Positions 42,001-48,777 of a DNA stretch of 64,000 nt are shown here, in pieces. The stretch is from assembly GCF_963676685.1 (NCBI RefSeq), contig NC_092351.1, forward strand, positions 64,604,001 to 64,668,000, given 5' to 3'. The translations under genes were made by a program, and so were the position numbers. Positions within the stretch are counted from its first letter, which is position 1. Each line of letters starts with the position of its first letter. The DNA comes from Mytilus edulis (lineage: Eukaryota). The notes under the pieces were generated by a model. The model had not been told where the DNA came from, ran no database searches, and saw nothing but the letters and a program-made list of their open reading frames with translations.

Positions 42001-42936
42001 TGATTACAAAACTAACTTGCATTAAAGTAAAAGAACAGACAAACGATCACTAAAAATAACTATAATCCATACATTCTAACCACAAAAAGTAAAAAAGAAA
42101 CCCAAAAATATTGAACAAAAAAGGTAAAGTGAAAAATAAACGATGAAAACCAAACAGAAAAAAACGAATACACTGACAGAGTTTAATCAGATCCACTGGT
42201 AAAACAAACCAAAACCCATACTGTTCTTTAAGTGCCATACATCACATCCAAATGCTGTTAGACTGATACCACTGAAGGTACCATAAACCCAGCAGTCAGT
42301 GTTTAACTCTTTTGATTAAGGTGGTACCCAACACTTTCACTAAAATTAATTTGGCTCGTTTAATTTTCATAAAATGTTGTCAAAGTATTTACTTTGAGAC
42401 TTTATTAAAAATATAAAAAAATTTTTTTTTTTGAACCAACCGTTTTGTCAGAAAAAATACACTGGTTATATAGCAATTTGACAAACAGAAATTTTGATCA
42501 TTGAGAAGCTTAATATTCTTTTTACAACACAACGTAATTAAAACAGTTAGCTGACTTTACAGAGTTATCTCCCTGATGTATAAGGTACCACCTTAAGACA
42601 GAAATTATTGAAAAATAAACTTGCCACCCTCACCTTGCGACGTTGACCTTCAATAAAAAAAAATCCATTTAGGTCCTTGTTAGTCAAACAAACTATAACC
42701 GAGAAAACACATCATCTTTGAAAGGGCATCAGCAGACCACCAGAATAACTTGAACTCAAAAAAAGCAAACGCCAAAATGCATTTGGTACTGGACATTTTT
42801 AGAAAAATAAATATAATTTTGACCGTACCTGATTATCTATGTGCCTCCATGTAATTGTACCTCCTCGAAAATGGGATCCATAAATACACACAATGTTAAC
42901 TATAATCAACACCGCATTCACAGTGTTGACACACAT
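1..42936 (-). CDS. Gene A: adhesion GPCR (signal peptide + SHFRGG/cadherin-Ig-like module + HormR + GAIN/GPS + 7TM), 3'-partial
   Basis: Exons: 42829-42936, 41323-41570, 40101-40276, 38214-38314, 36936-37198, 33740-33901, 32937-32977, 15178-15374, 9446-9634, 6828-6899, 6155-6263, 5406-5525, 4649-4721, 4053-4167, 3589-3635, 2938-3061, 2072-2175, 588-699, 1-8. All introns are GT-AG, and the phases join into one open frame (2361 nt through TM2). HormR Cys/Trp pattern, GPS 'CGFWDF..WSSFG..TICEYNHTTNFAMLM', secretin-class TM1 and TM2. Confidence 0.9.
588..699 (-). CDS. Gene A exon 18 (ICL1-TM2)
   Basis: HVKNLRNDRSKILINLCVALILSYAIFLSGITRTEDK; tag|..|gtaagt; phase 2-0. Confidence 0.92.
2072..2175 (-). 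CDS. Gene A exon 17 (TM1)
   Basis: PSIHHFPLSLISAIGCGISILCLLVTILIYSVLWR; ttttag|..|gtaagt; phase 0-2. Confidence 0.93.
2388..2615 (+). mobile_element. Degenerate tRNA-derived SINE (V-domain-like)
   Basis: A-box-like TGGCCGATTGA, B-box-like GGTCAAATCC, and central 'ggttttctcagtgcactcc' resembling the V-SINE core. Confidence 0.5.
2938..3061 (-). CDS. Gene A exon 16 (GPS, cleavage site and Stachel)
   Basis: NTTNGAWSSFGSRVVESTDSYTICEYNHTTNFAMLMSPGRT; phase 2-0. Confidence 0.93.
3589..3635 (-). CDS. Gene A exon 15 (GPS start)
   Basis: GDYSTPFCGFWDFGAS; caag|..|gtaagt; phase 0-2. Confidence 0.9.
4053..4167 (-). CDS. Gene A exon 14 (GAIN)
   Basis: DVRAFNGSNDVNSIIADFTIYGTSCSDYSLNIKFEHLL (VNS.I and F.H GAIN motifs); phase 2-0. 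Confidence 0.9.
4649..4721 (-). CDS. Gene A exon 13 (GAIN)
   Basis: GLTGYSSTFYRNISSFFPKYLIING; ttttag|..|gtgagt; phase 1-2. Confidence 0.88.
5406..5525 (-). CDS. Gene A exon 12 (GAIN)
   Basis: VMQVGKAGSDEISVPDRSKTSDSWIADSVTEIKLKKNICS; phase 1-1. Confidence 0.88.
6155..6263 (-). CDS. Gene A exon 11 (GAIN)
   Basis: GSNGVTSLVNTVTEYTNQVNQIINTEATLIVTKDNV; phase 0-1. Confidence 0.88.
6828..6899 (-). CDS. Gene A exon 10 (GAIN)
   Basis: IFGSLCNNLLDERNHESWKELNDK (NLL..N..W..L GAIN-A motif); phase 0-0. Confidence 0.9.
7191..8058. mobile_element. ~870-bp non-autonomous TIR element (Tc1/mariner-like)
   Basis: TIR TAGTCAACAAAAGAAACGATAC(A) at both ends, in TA context. Confidence 0.8.
9115..9305. mobile_element. 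191-bp MITE with TA TSD; related partial copy at about 56641-56815
   Basis: ta|CTGTGGATTCATT..AATGAATCCACAG|ta. Confidence 0.85.
9446..9634 (-). CDS. Gene A exon 9 (GAIN-A helices)
   Basis: LDKLFSGNSDDEFVSTILEELDNITRNNYELRSGDLLTASAILNDIA..QLD (L.SGDL motif); phase 0-0. Confidence 0.92.
10093..10136 (-). ncRNA. Degenerate minimal type I hammerhead ribozyme within a dispersed repeat (about 10060-10360)
   Basis: ca-CCGAUGG-gucu(uaugu)agac-GAAA-c(gcga)g-UC-uggcgu; stems II and III intact; two mutations in the CUGAUGA core. Confidence 0.65.
13348..13440. repeat. Short palindromic repeat built of GACCGTACGCGTACGGTC units
   Basis: Perfect 18-bp palindrome at 13354-13371 and a partial second unit at 13396-13410. 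Confidence 0.7.
15178..15374 (-). CDS. Gene A exon 8 (HormR domain)
   Basis: NANLCGANIDRFNTKWSLTQENKQMTLSCTGEHVGYVSRNCSSGGIWDEPDYSRCISKSMLYIQEQ; phase 1-0. Confidence 0.92.
16031..16435 (+). repeat. Dispersed family 'AAGATGTGGTATGATTGCCAATGAGACAACT'
   Basis: Other copies or fragments at about 2665-2852, 3477-3563, 11545-11840(-), 34895-35020, 40643-40760(-), 60778-61084, 61780-62052(-). Confidence 0.85.
16965..17607 (+). repeat. Left arm of ~640-bp inverted repeat (partner 30280-30919)
   Basis: CACTAGTAACCCGAATTT..GGTCCATTGCAAT is near-identical to the reverse complement of 30280-30919. Confidence 0.95.
17608..18370 (+). mobile_element. Decayed 3' end of a LINE ORF2 (CR1/L2/Crack-type), interrupted by a MITE
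   Basis: Translates FEFAEYLDLL..FRTGNHRLPIATGR*..RQERYCVLCDSQE / ..FHYILNC, with stops and frameshifts. Confidence 0.75.
17780..18044. mobile_element. 265-bp MITE with imperfect TIRs and AGAT duplication
   Basis: agat|GGAATAGGATCCCAGTT..AATTGGGTCCCCGTTCC|agat; removing it restores the LINE codons caa gag ata gg. Confidence 0.7.
19908..23684 (-). CDS. LINE ORF2: AP endonuclease + reverse transcriptase + RNase H + CCHC finger
   Basis: WNCQG, LQET, GDFNAH, SDH (APE); YRPIAL, DFQKAFD, GTPQG, FADD (RT); FTDGSK, DSLSAL, WIPSHVG..GNESAD (RNase H); CINC..ESVEHYMLNC. Likely ATG (MAAHF) at 23684; the open frame extends to 23828. Confidence 0.96.
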   Translation of the reverse strand: MAAHFTVLHWNCQGLKAHAPEFLWHLGSVKHRPDIICLQETFCSNESDFIDIQGYMLAAFSTRGTKRGGTAIYCKNGINFTKVSLISKLEISAINIIYNKKRLLIVNIYDPQSDTVQTDYDTLINQFDTEFILCGDFNAHHNLWGSERIDTKGRELANSILYNNICLLNEGLGTRLNPTNLKTSCIDLSFCSLNLAHRIQWSVDQNSTFNSDHFSISLKIDIKVINSEENNSFKWNFKKADWKNFSKACNERISDNYISDNIENSNTRLTTELIDIATQFIPIKKFRNKTKPCVPWWSDQCTKAIKERNKARNKARHTGKGHDFIIYKEKNKISQKVLQDTQDIYWKNYCNTLNDNSNISDLWYNIKKMLGKISSKKEIPALRACGHFLTNTIDKANYFAKKFVEVSSSNNYDNEFKKHKSTVEEQEINTFLKYYKENQDCFNEKFTLQEFKDAISDTNDSSPGKDKTSYIMFRHLSDKTLNIFLLFLNKIWFLQEIPKDWKHSVVIPCLKQGKDSSDPLSYRPIALTSNFNKIMEKMVNNRLRWFLEKNNLYNPNQSGFRKNKNTLQQCIRLDNEIHKTFAKKYITVGVFIDFQKAFDMLWKHGLLKKMVNFGIKGNLLAYVNNYLTSRTLQVKINNTFSETYFVENGTPQGSCISPTLFNIMVNDLSTCLQNCEISQFADDGAIWKSGSCIKFLQKKIQLDLDNICKWCSTWGFKISPSKTVAMIFTRRNNINISLQLGNHTLEIVKEIKFLGLIFDRNLTWHNHIQNLQTKCLKVINCMRVLTGTRWGATSNTLRTIYISLIRSKLDYGCEIYNSASFSNKKCLDKIQNQALRICTGSMRSASLKALQVEMGDPPLEIRRQSLIAKAFLNMTSFDNLHPAKAAVNDTFIFDYYSKNVKRKPFSITARDFLAQNNFSTECIYNYSECPCPPWHIEKSLVKTQLHDKISKKDLPHLIKSEAEILIDSEYSKHLQIFTDGSKDPHGNTSCAYVVPELKIKKGFKLPNYISIFMSELMAIFVSLLWLEDFRPIKTVIFVDSLSALQAIRAPIFKVKNQILYDIHLILNSLKKGGSEIIFEWIPSHVGVMGNESADLQAKNALNLDNCIDIIPLFKEDIKTVCKNFLKNSWQQDWETNKDRSLFKIIDKVNFQIIIPKLTREKEVLLFKLRTGYIGLNKHLNKIGVVTSNLCINCNQIESVEHYMLNCKLFNLERKILFEKLKKSNVTDFSLKNLLKGYNFAPIYEYVLSTKRLHYVNNT
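23773..25038 (-). CDS. LINE ORF1: gag-like nucleic-acid-binding protein with three zinc knuckles
   Basis: CFKCQGYGHMQNEC, CVRCGGAHTTPNC, CINCNGEHPASNKDC; ATG (MDDSQ) at 25038. Confidence 0.93.
   Translation of the reverse strand: MDDSQHFTGTGYEVDPLEEYVHNLQDTHVDTPHKNFDSISVRSGTDSEVSTSEYEAAHDWQTQRHKKRKINISPGLKTYSESVQSTIKKAPTRRRLEVKKTVSKAKKFFAVVTCVDTEIKLGLKNPILIQKLFNKTVGIIKTLNKTKTGNLFVECFDVNQFNELKKLNKLGEWEIRVNIPKIMSTSVGCIYRTPSDISIDQVKEALEAYNVIKVEEMFFYDKVKKQKVRSATLKLYFNTPELPERVNLGFTSYKVKIFVKKPIQCFKCQGYGHMQNECSNKEICVRCGGAHTTPNCDKPPKCINCNGEHPASNKDCPKRIENIKIITKVAKEKCSYKEARTEVKHEIKKQDIVHRPKTKSPLPKEHTEIEDLLVFIALLLKKLPAIKEENAQFIYITDLVKKVFGFEIQPQNLTKRFTELI
25262..25530 (+). repeat. Two tandem ~132-bp units
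   Basis: ATATTGTGTATTGA..GAACGCGGACCTCGATGAGAACACCTGGATTGAAAGTTTGC.. starts at 25262 and 25394. Confidence 0.9.
26130..30084. mobile_element. Non-autonomous TIR DNA transposon, Academ-like
   Basis: ata|TAGTCCGGCCGATCGGTG..CACCAATCGGCAGGACTA|ata: TAG..CTA termini, 3-bp TSD, about 150 bp of imperfect TIR with repeated AAGATGGC/AAAATGGCGGC motifs. Confidence 0.72.
26771..29640 (+). pseudogene. Decayed Gypsy/Ty3 gag-protease fragment
   Basis: Broken gag-like ORFs with an RS/SP-rich end; retropepsin motif SMIVDTAAMITLV (D at 28948) and 'DDVILRLVIL'; many stops; no RT or integrase seen. Confidence 0.72.
30280..30919 (-). repeat. Right arm of ~640-bp inverted repeat (partner 16965-17607)
   Basis: ATTGCAATGGACC..TTCGGGTTACTAGTG. 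Confidence 0.95.
30920..31064 (+). repeat. Near-identical direct copy of 15761-15904
   Basis: TATTATTGCCAATGATATCAACAGAACTATAAATG..GGCTATACTGTTATATATTTT occurs at both sites. Confidence 0.9.
32937..32977 (-). CDS. Gene A exon 7 (41-nt end of module)
   Basis: QASNQICITLQVK; paralog of 53620-53660 with the same length; phase 2-1. Confidence 0.88.
33740..33901 (-). CDS. Gene A exon 6 (Ig/cadherin-like)
   Basis: ISEINVTSPKEMIKSELLSYGIAIDRWYVNVTWTPDEKDIGNHAVCFTAFDSM; 162 nt, as in paralog 55469-55630. Confidence 0.9.
33953..34200 (+). repeat. Dispersed family 'AAAAGTAAAATCACA.AAATACTGAACTCCGAG'
   Basis: Other copies at about 44052-44333(-), 57566-57755, 40797-40930(-), 45440-45690(-), 58617-58960. 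Confidence 0.8.
34443..34600 (+). repeat. Dispersed family 'AAGAGGGACGAAAGATACC'
   Basis: Other copies at about 1889-2062, 48168-48320, 16760-16900(-), and 60640-61197(-), the last split by the previous family. Confidence 0.85.
36936..37198 (-). CDS. Gene A exon 5
   Basis: EKCILTYNATGTTGMYAVALQIEDF..LSSIPIQFLINV..QTIIAKGF; phase 0-2. Confidence 0.92.
38214..38314 (-). CDS. Gene A exon 4
   Basis: VQDEDGDVIRCRWALTYHECDSVCKKLSYSVLNK (DxDGD); phase 1-0. Confidence 0.9.
40101..40276 (-). CDS. Gene A exon 3
   Basis: YEGYNWINLEEGGLAWSLLSTANLTIREDIAKVNSPPISNIPPVIRLEYGCFYSLSLP; phase 2-1. Confidence 0.9.
41323..41570 (-). CDS. Gene A exon 2
   Basis: QIDITYKLSFRGDTSNLFCNEYDSGDLVEGEGTLDCYRGCWLKLVPLMSFYCIAFSEEEGWIYGQRTLNVTLPKVLDNIYQF; phase 0-2. 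Confidence 0.9.
42320..42592. mobile_element. Kolobok-like MITE with TTAA TSD; other copies at about 4421-4615 (partial) and 51719-52005 (diverged)
   Basis: ttaa|GGTGGTACC..GGTACCACC|ttaa. Confidence 0.82.
42829..42936 (-). CDS. Gene A first coding exon (signal peptide + SHFRGGTITW)
   Basis: MCVNTVNAVLIIVNIVCIYGSHFRGGTITWRHIDNQ|gtacgg; hydrophobic leader ending IYG|SH. Confidence 0.85.
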
Positions 42937-45900
42937 ATTTGATCACAACCGAACATGCACTTACACACTGACTTTTGAACAATTCCTTTTTTAAATGTTT
43001 TAAATCTAAATAAAATGCATTATGGGTATTACATAAACCTTTTAATATTTATCAAAGCTATTTTTCTTTGGAAAAACCAATGCACTATATTCTAAGAAGA
43101 GGACAATAACTGATTGAAATTATGCCTTGTACTTTGTTAGCAATGAATTATATTGGTGTCGTTTAAACATTTAAAAGATATGTATCGCTTAAAAAGTCTT
43201 TAACAATGAAATTAACAATATCATCAAATACTGAATAAGGTATATTTTTTTGTTAAATTTACTGCTGACACATATATTTTCTTTTGTGTTAACATTATCC
43301 ACAAATCCGTTGTATATTTCTGTCTATCAACTTAAATATCGATTAATATGTTTGATTTTTAAATGTATGATTCACTTTGTTAAACAGTTAAATTAGCAGT
43401 TTTTCTTTTATTTTGTACTGTGAACGTAAGATATTTATAATATAAAGTTGAATCTGTATAAATGTGTGTTTAATAAGAAGTAAATGTATGTAGTAGAATG
43501 CTCTGATAATCCTCGGACGTTCTCTAATGAGCCTTTAATCTTTGGTTCAGAATAACGGTCTTGTTAATGTTCTTTTGTCGTGTAAGTATTTCCGCCGTAT
43601 TTCACCACATGCTATCAATTTCAGATGTTCATGAATATTTTCTATGGCATAAAGGTTCTCGATGTTCATTAAATGTATTATTACCTGACATACTAGATTT
43701 AATGATGTTTCATAAACAGCCGTCACATTCCAACAACAACTTCTATGATGTATGTGAGTTTTCTTCTAGAAAATCCGTTTTTAGATTTCTATAATGGCAT
43801 GGAAAACAATGCACCTAATTTGGAAGTATTATCTGCACTTGTGGTACGTACGTTTGTCAATTTACTCATCATTTTTGTTTTTGTATAAATAGCAAGGCAG
43901 TGCATACGTTTAGTAATATTTTATTGAATTAACATTCCAATTTTATGTAGTTCAAGCTACGCAAATCGTATAACTATTGGTATACTCATAAAAATCTATT
44001 TTGAATGTTTTTCTCTTGAAATGTTAGAACCATCCCGAGTTCCAATGTTGACTACTGCACCCCTATTTTTGATATTTTCACCTGTTGTGTCTGTTTGCGT
44101 TGTTCACTCAGCGTTCTCAATAAAATTGAATTTGTTGCGACTGTCATACAAGTGAGAGGTTTAGCTATCTTTAAAACCAGGTTCAATTCGTCATTTTCTA
44201 CATAAGAGAATGCCTGTAACAAGTCAGGAATATAACAGTTGGTATCCATTCGTTTGATTTGTTTGATATTTAATTTTTGCCATTTGATTAGGGACTTTCT
44301 CGGAGTTCAGTATTTTTGTTATTTTACTTTTTACATGCTATTGCCTAAGTGATATGTTATCTTTCATTTCCAAAATGTAATGTTCTTTCGAAAACGAAAT
44401 TGTTGATAAAATTAAGGTTTGTATTGAATACGTTAACTTAATACATATAGGGATATTTTGCTATTATCAAATATGCATCATTTGTGCAAGAAAATGAAAA
44501 GAATTTTCATTGACACATTGGTCCATTTGATTTTTTCCGTAGAATCCTACTAGGTTAGATATTTGAAGTCAATACATTTTCGTTATATGTGATTATCTCA
44601 GTTAAAACAAAATTTAAAGGTACTGAAATACAAAGATTAGTTTAATTATCTGTGCCTGTAAATACACCAATACAATTATGTGTTTGTCATTGACACAACT
44701 AACAAAAGAGGGGAAGTGATATGGAAGCAGAGAAATATCCGATTTCGTAAATAATGACATTTTCTATAACTGTCAGCAAAGTCAAGACTTAATTAACTGA
44801 TATTCACCCTTCAAATGCACCCCAAATATTCGCAATTCTAAAGAGATAATGTTAAGATGTCCTAAATTAAATCTTTTCAATAGAATAATAATCATTGGTT
44901 ACGGATTTACATCTCTGAGGATCACAAATATTTCTTGAGTTATATACCTTTATGGAGTTATTTTCTTTGAAGAACAATAGGTCATTCTTTCGAAAAACAG
45001 CCCGTACGATACCATATGAATATTTTAATGAAATATGCTCTAAGGCATAATTACCTGTGAGGTCATTATTTTGCTTGATTAAAATGCAAACTATAATTAA
45101 CTTCAAAATTATATTCGTCTGATAGTTTTTAGTTGCAGATTGGGGAATATATTTTTGAAAGTTAAATCTATGAAACATGAATGTGTAAAAAAAACCACAT
45201 TGCCTGCATTTTGATTTTAGAAACAAAAAATGTGAAGTTTTGTTAATTTATCGCTACAATACAGAGACATAATCATATGTTTGAGATGAATTTTAATGTA
45301 AAACTTTTATTACACTTTTTTTTTCTTTACTGTGAATCCAACTCATTTGTTTGCTACATGTATATTTATCAAATTTTGGCTTTGAAATTTTGATAATAGA
45401 GCGTACATTTTCATATTTTTTTGACTTTATACCTATTATGTCTTATTGTTTTGTTCATTCATCGTTATCAATATCATGACATTTTATGCCACTGTCATTC
45501 ATGTGCGCAGTTAAGCTAGCTAGAAAACATGTTGAATCCACTATTTTCTACATAAGAAATTGCCAACACAAAGTCATAAATATGTCCGTTGTTATCCATA
45601 CGCTTGCTTTGATGTGTTTGCGCTTTTGGTATTAGCATTTTCTGAGATACTTTCCTTTTAGAATTTTCCGCAGAGTTCGGTATTTTTTTCCCCACTATTT
45701 GCTTGATTCGTTTTAAAACTGAACATGTTCTCGTAAAAAGTTAGGAACAATTTTTTTAAGGATTAGAATACAGGTATTGTTTTTCATGTTAAATTTGTTT
45801 TTCACATCCAAGGAGATTTCTTCAAAAACGAATTAAGTGTATTTATTCAACTTTAAATATAACTACCTTATATATTACAACAATTAGCAAACATAAATAA

Positions 45901-48622
45901 TAAGTAATATATGCATAGGTAACAAAGTGTTATCATTTGTTATTAAACGGTTCTATTTGAAAGTGAACATGACATTTTACCTATTTGCTCATTCTCAATT
46001 GGGCGTTTGAAGATATATAAATCTAGATATTTGTGACAATCTTCATTTCTTTGATTTTTAATCTGAACTATAGATATATTTCTATCTTAACTGTTCCAAG
46101 TTCATTAAAGCCCCTGTTTTGAACTATTAAACATAAGTTTACAATTTTTTGGGCATATGAGTTCGAACAATTTTCCGAAAACAAGTTTTCGATTACAAAT
46201 GTATATAATATCCTTTCGACGGTTATCATTCAACTCATGTATATCATTATCTTCACTTCAAAATAGAATGTTCTGCATACAAATCTATTAATAATTCTTA
46301 TATGGCGTGCTGCTTTCGCTTTATGAATAAACTCATGCTCTAGATCCAATATTTTTTTTGTCACATGCTTATATTGACTACTGCAGAATAAGGAATTTTA
46401 TTAACTTAAACATTTCCAAACTCTGAAATGATGCACATGTTGTTACTCACTATCGCTCGGCCATAAATAATCACGAAAATAATGCCTCCCCATGTTAAAA
46501 CTACTATACAATATAGCTTGCATCATTTGGTTCTTAAATTTTCTATGTTCAGTGGTTAATGATTGATATATAAAATGAATACACCAGTATGTATATATAT
46601 CCATCAATTCAATACCACCTATTTCTAAATTTATTTTTCTCTCGTAACATACACTAGATACGCAATTACACCTCCACTTTTCTTAAAAGCGTTTCTATCT
46701 TTTCTTTCTTTTATGAAGCCTTCAATTTGAAGTATATACAGTTGTAGGTTAACGATTCCCAACCTGTATTCGACGATAAATAATCTTTTATAGTGCTATT
46801 CTCTGAACTGTTTGTTATTTCATTGGTATATGTAGCCGTAGAATTTAATGTTTCCGTTTTCATTAAATCCTTTACAATACTGTTATAACAACCTTACTTT
46901 TAACCTTGCTTTTGTATTAAACTTGGAGGAAGTGCCTAATAGTCTTCATGGTAAGGGGTTCGTCAATGCTTACATAACTGCCTACCAAATAATAACCTAC
47001 CACCAGTGGTTCCCCATAAACTGATTTAAACAAACTAAGTTGATAGATTAATTGTCGGTTGTTAATATCTTCCAAAGGAAAATATCTTATACATGTTCAA
47101 GACTAGAACATATAAATACAACGGGAAGGTCATGTGACAAAGGTCGATGAAATTTCATTATCGGAGTACCCATGCCAATCGCGATCAAATCCGTTTGTTT
47201 TGATAATATTCAAAAAATAAAAGAAGCTTAAAACACATTAACAGTATAAGCTATATAGATCATTTTTAAAAGATAACAGTCCTTGAAAACTACAGAAACG
47301 TGATAACTGTTTAGTGTACATGGTGTATAGGATATATTAACATTATGCATGCATGTAACCCATTTATAACGATTCAACCCCACATATGTGTCCATACGAC
47401 GTAATTGAACTTCAAAAGCCAATATATAGTTGCTAGTGTGCGCAAAAAAAGTGTCTTTTTACAATACGCCAAAACGTTTTGATTCCCAAAACGGGTCTGT
47501 ATCAAGCATACACGGCCCTTTTTGATGATATAGCGCTTTTATTGACTTATACATGTATACTCGCTTTGCTCTTTCGTCTTTTGTACGAGTCGAATTGTGA
47601 CTGGAGAATAGAAATATGTTCAGAAAGTTAGTAACACCTTTTGCGGAGGTGGTGCTTTCTATTGAATAAGCGGGGTGTAAAAGTGCGCAGCAACGCCAGG
47701 TCTGACGGAGCATGGTTATTTCATAATCCTGTGTATACATGTACTTAAAGATAGCGCCTTTAGAATATATTTACCTTTTGTATACATTATTAACTTTTTT
47801 TTGTCTTGAATACGCATATATTATTTGCCCCTGGACGTTAAGCAATCACAAATTATTCAATTTATTGTCTTACATGGAAACGATGTAGTTACACTAATCA
47901 TTAAGCAAGCAATAATCAGTCAATCTCTAATTTCCTGGATTTACAGCAAAATTAAATCTGTATTAAAGGTTAACTTGTATGAACCTTTTTGAGAGGTAAT
48001 TTGCATGCAAATCTTGTTATAACATTCCCGTTTTACTGTCGGTTAAAATCAATAATAGAAGGATTCGATCTCGATGCAACCGGTACCGAACTACAATGCA
48101 TGTATTACAATCGTGTTCATCGTTTTCACAATAAAAATCTTTAATAATTTTGTATTCGTTATGAATAAAAGAGGGACGAAAGATCCAAAAGGGCCAGTCA
48201 CCCTCATAAATCTAAAACAAACTGACAACACCATGGCTCAAAATGAAAAAAGACAAACAGACAAACAATAGTACACATGACACAACACAGAAAACTAAAG
48301 AGTAAACAACACTAACCCCAATGGATTAATTGTAAATGCATTGGCAACGCAGTATTGCTATTCATGTACAGAATCATGTTGAGATCATCAAGATTTCCCC
48401 TGTAAACTCGGGCAATAATATTTAATTTCCACAGAGGTAATGCATGGAGTTTCAAGAATACGCATCATACAGATTAATTCAACAGAAAGCATTGTGATAA
48501 AAAGAAAACAAAACACCTGAAAAAAAATATCCCCCTGATATTCTAATAACTACACATTTTGAATTTTAGATATGCAAAATTCAGTCACAATGTTTTATTA
48601 TGTTTAAACTTAATCCATATAA

Positions 48623-48777
48623 TCACATATACAGATGATCGTGTGTATCAATGGAGCCTCCCGGGCCTTTGATAAATGAAACTAAACTTTTAGTCAGCAC
48701 TCCAGTCATTATTACAGATAAAACCAACCCAGCTGATATGAAAACAACACTGAGTACATAGCTTGTATTGTCAGCTT
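48623..48777 (-). CDS. Gene B terminal exon (TM + cytoplasmic tail)
   Basis: tattatag|EADNTSYVLSVVFISAGLVLSVIMTGVLTKSLVSFIKGPGGSIDTHDHLYM*; phase 1; AATAAA about 24 nt after the stop (48594-48599). Confidence 0.78.

Noticed and set aside
43480-46560. Coding-looking minus-strand stretches between the two genes (about 43500-43760 and 46250-46550)
   Set aside because: Stops, no consistent splice sites, and no family I can recognise.
48390-48515. Alternative terminal exon for gene B (ttttcag at about 48516)
   Set aside because: In phase 1 it stops after about 12 codons; 48623-48777 gives a clean TM.
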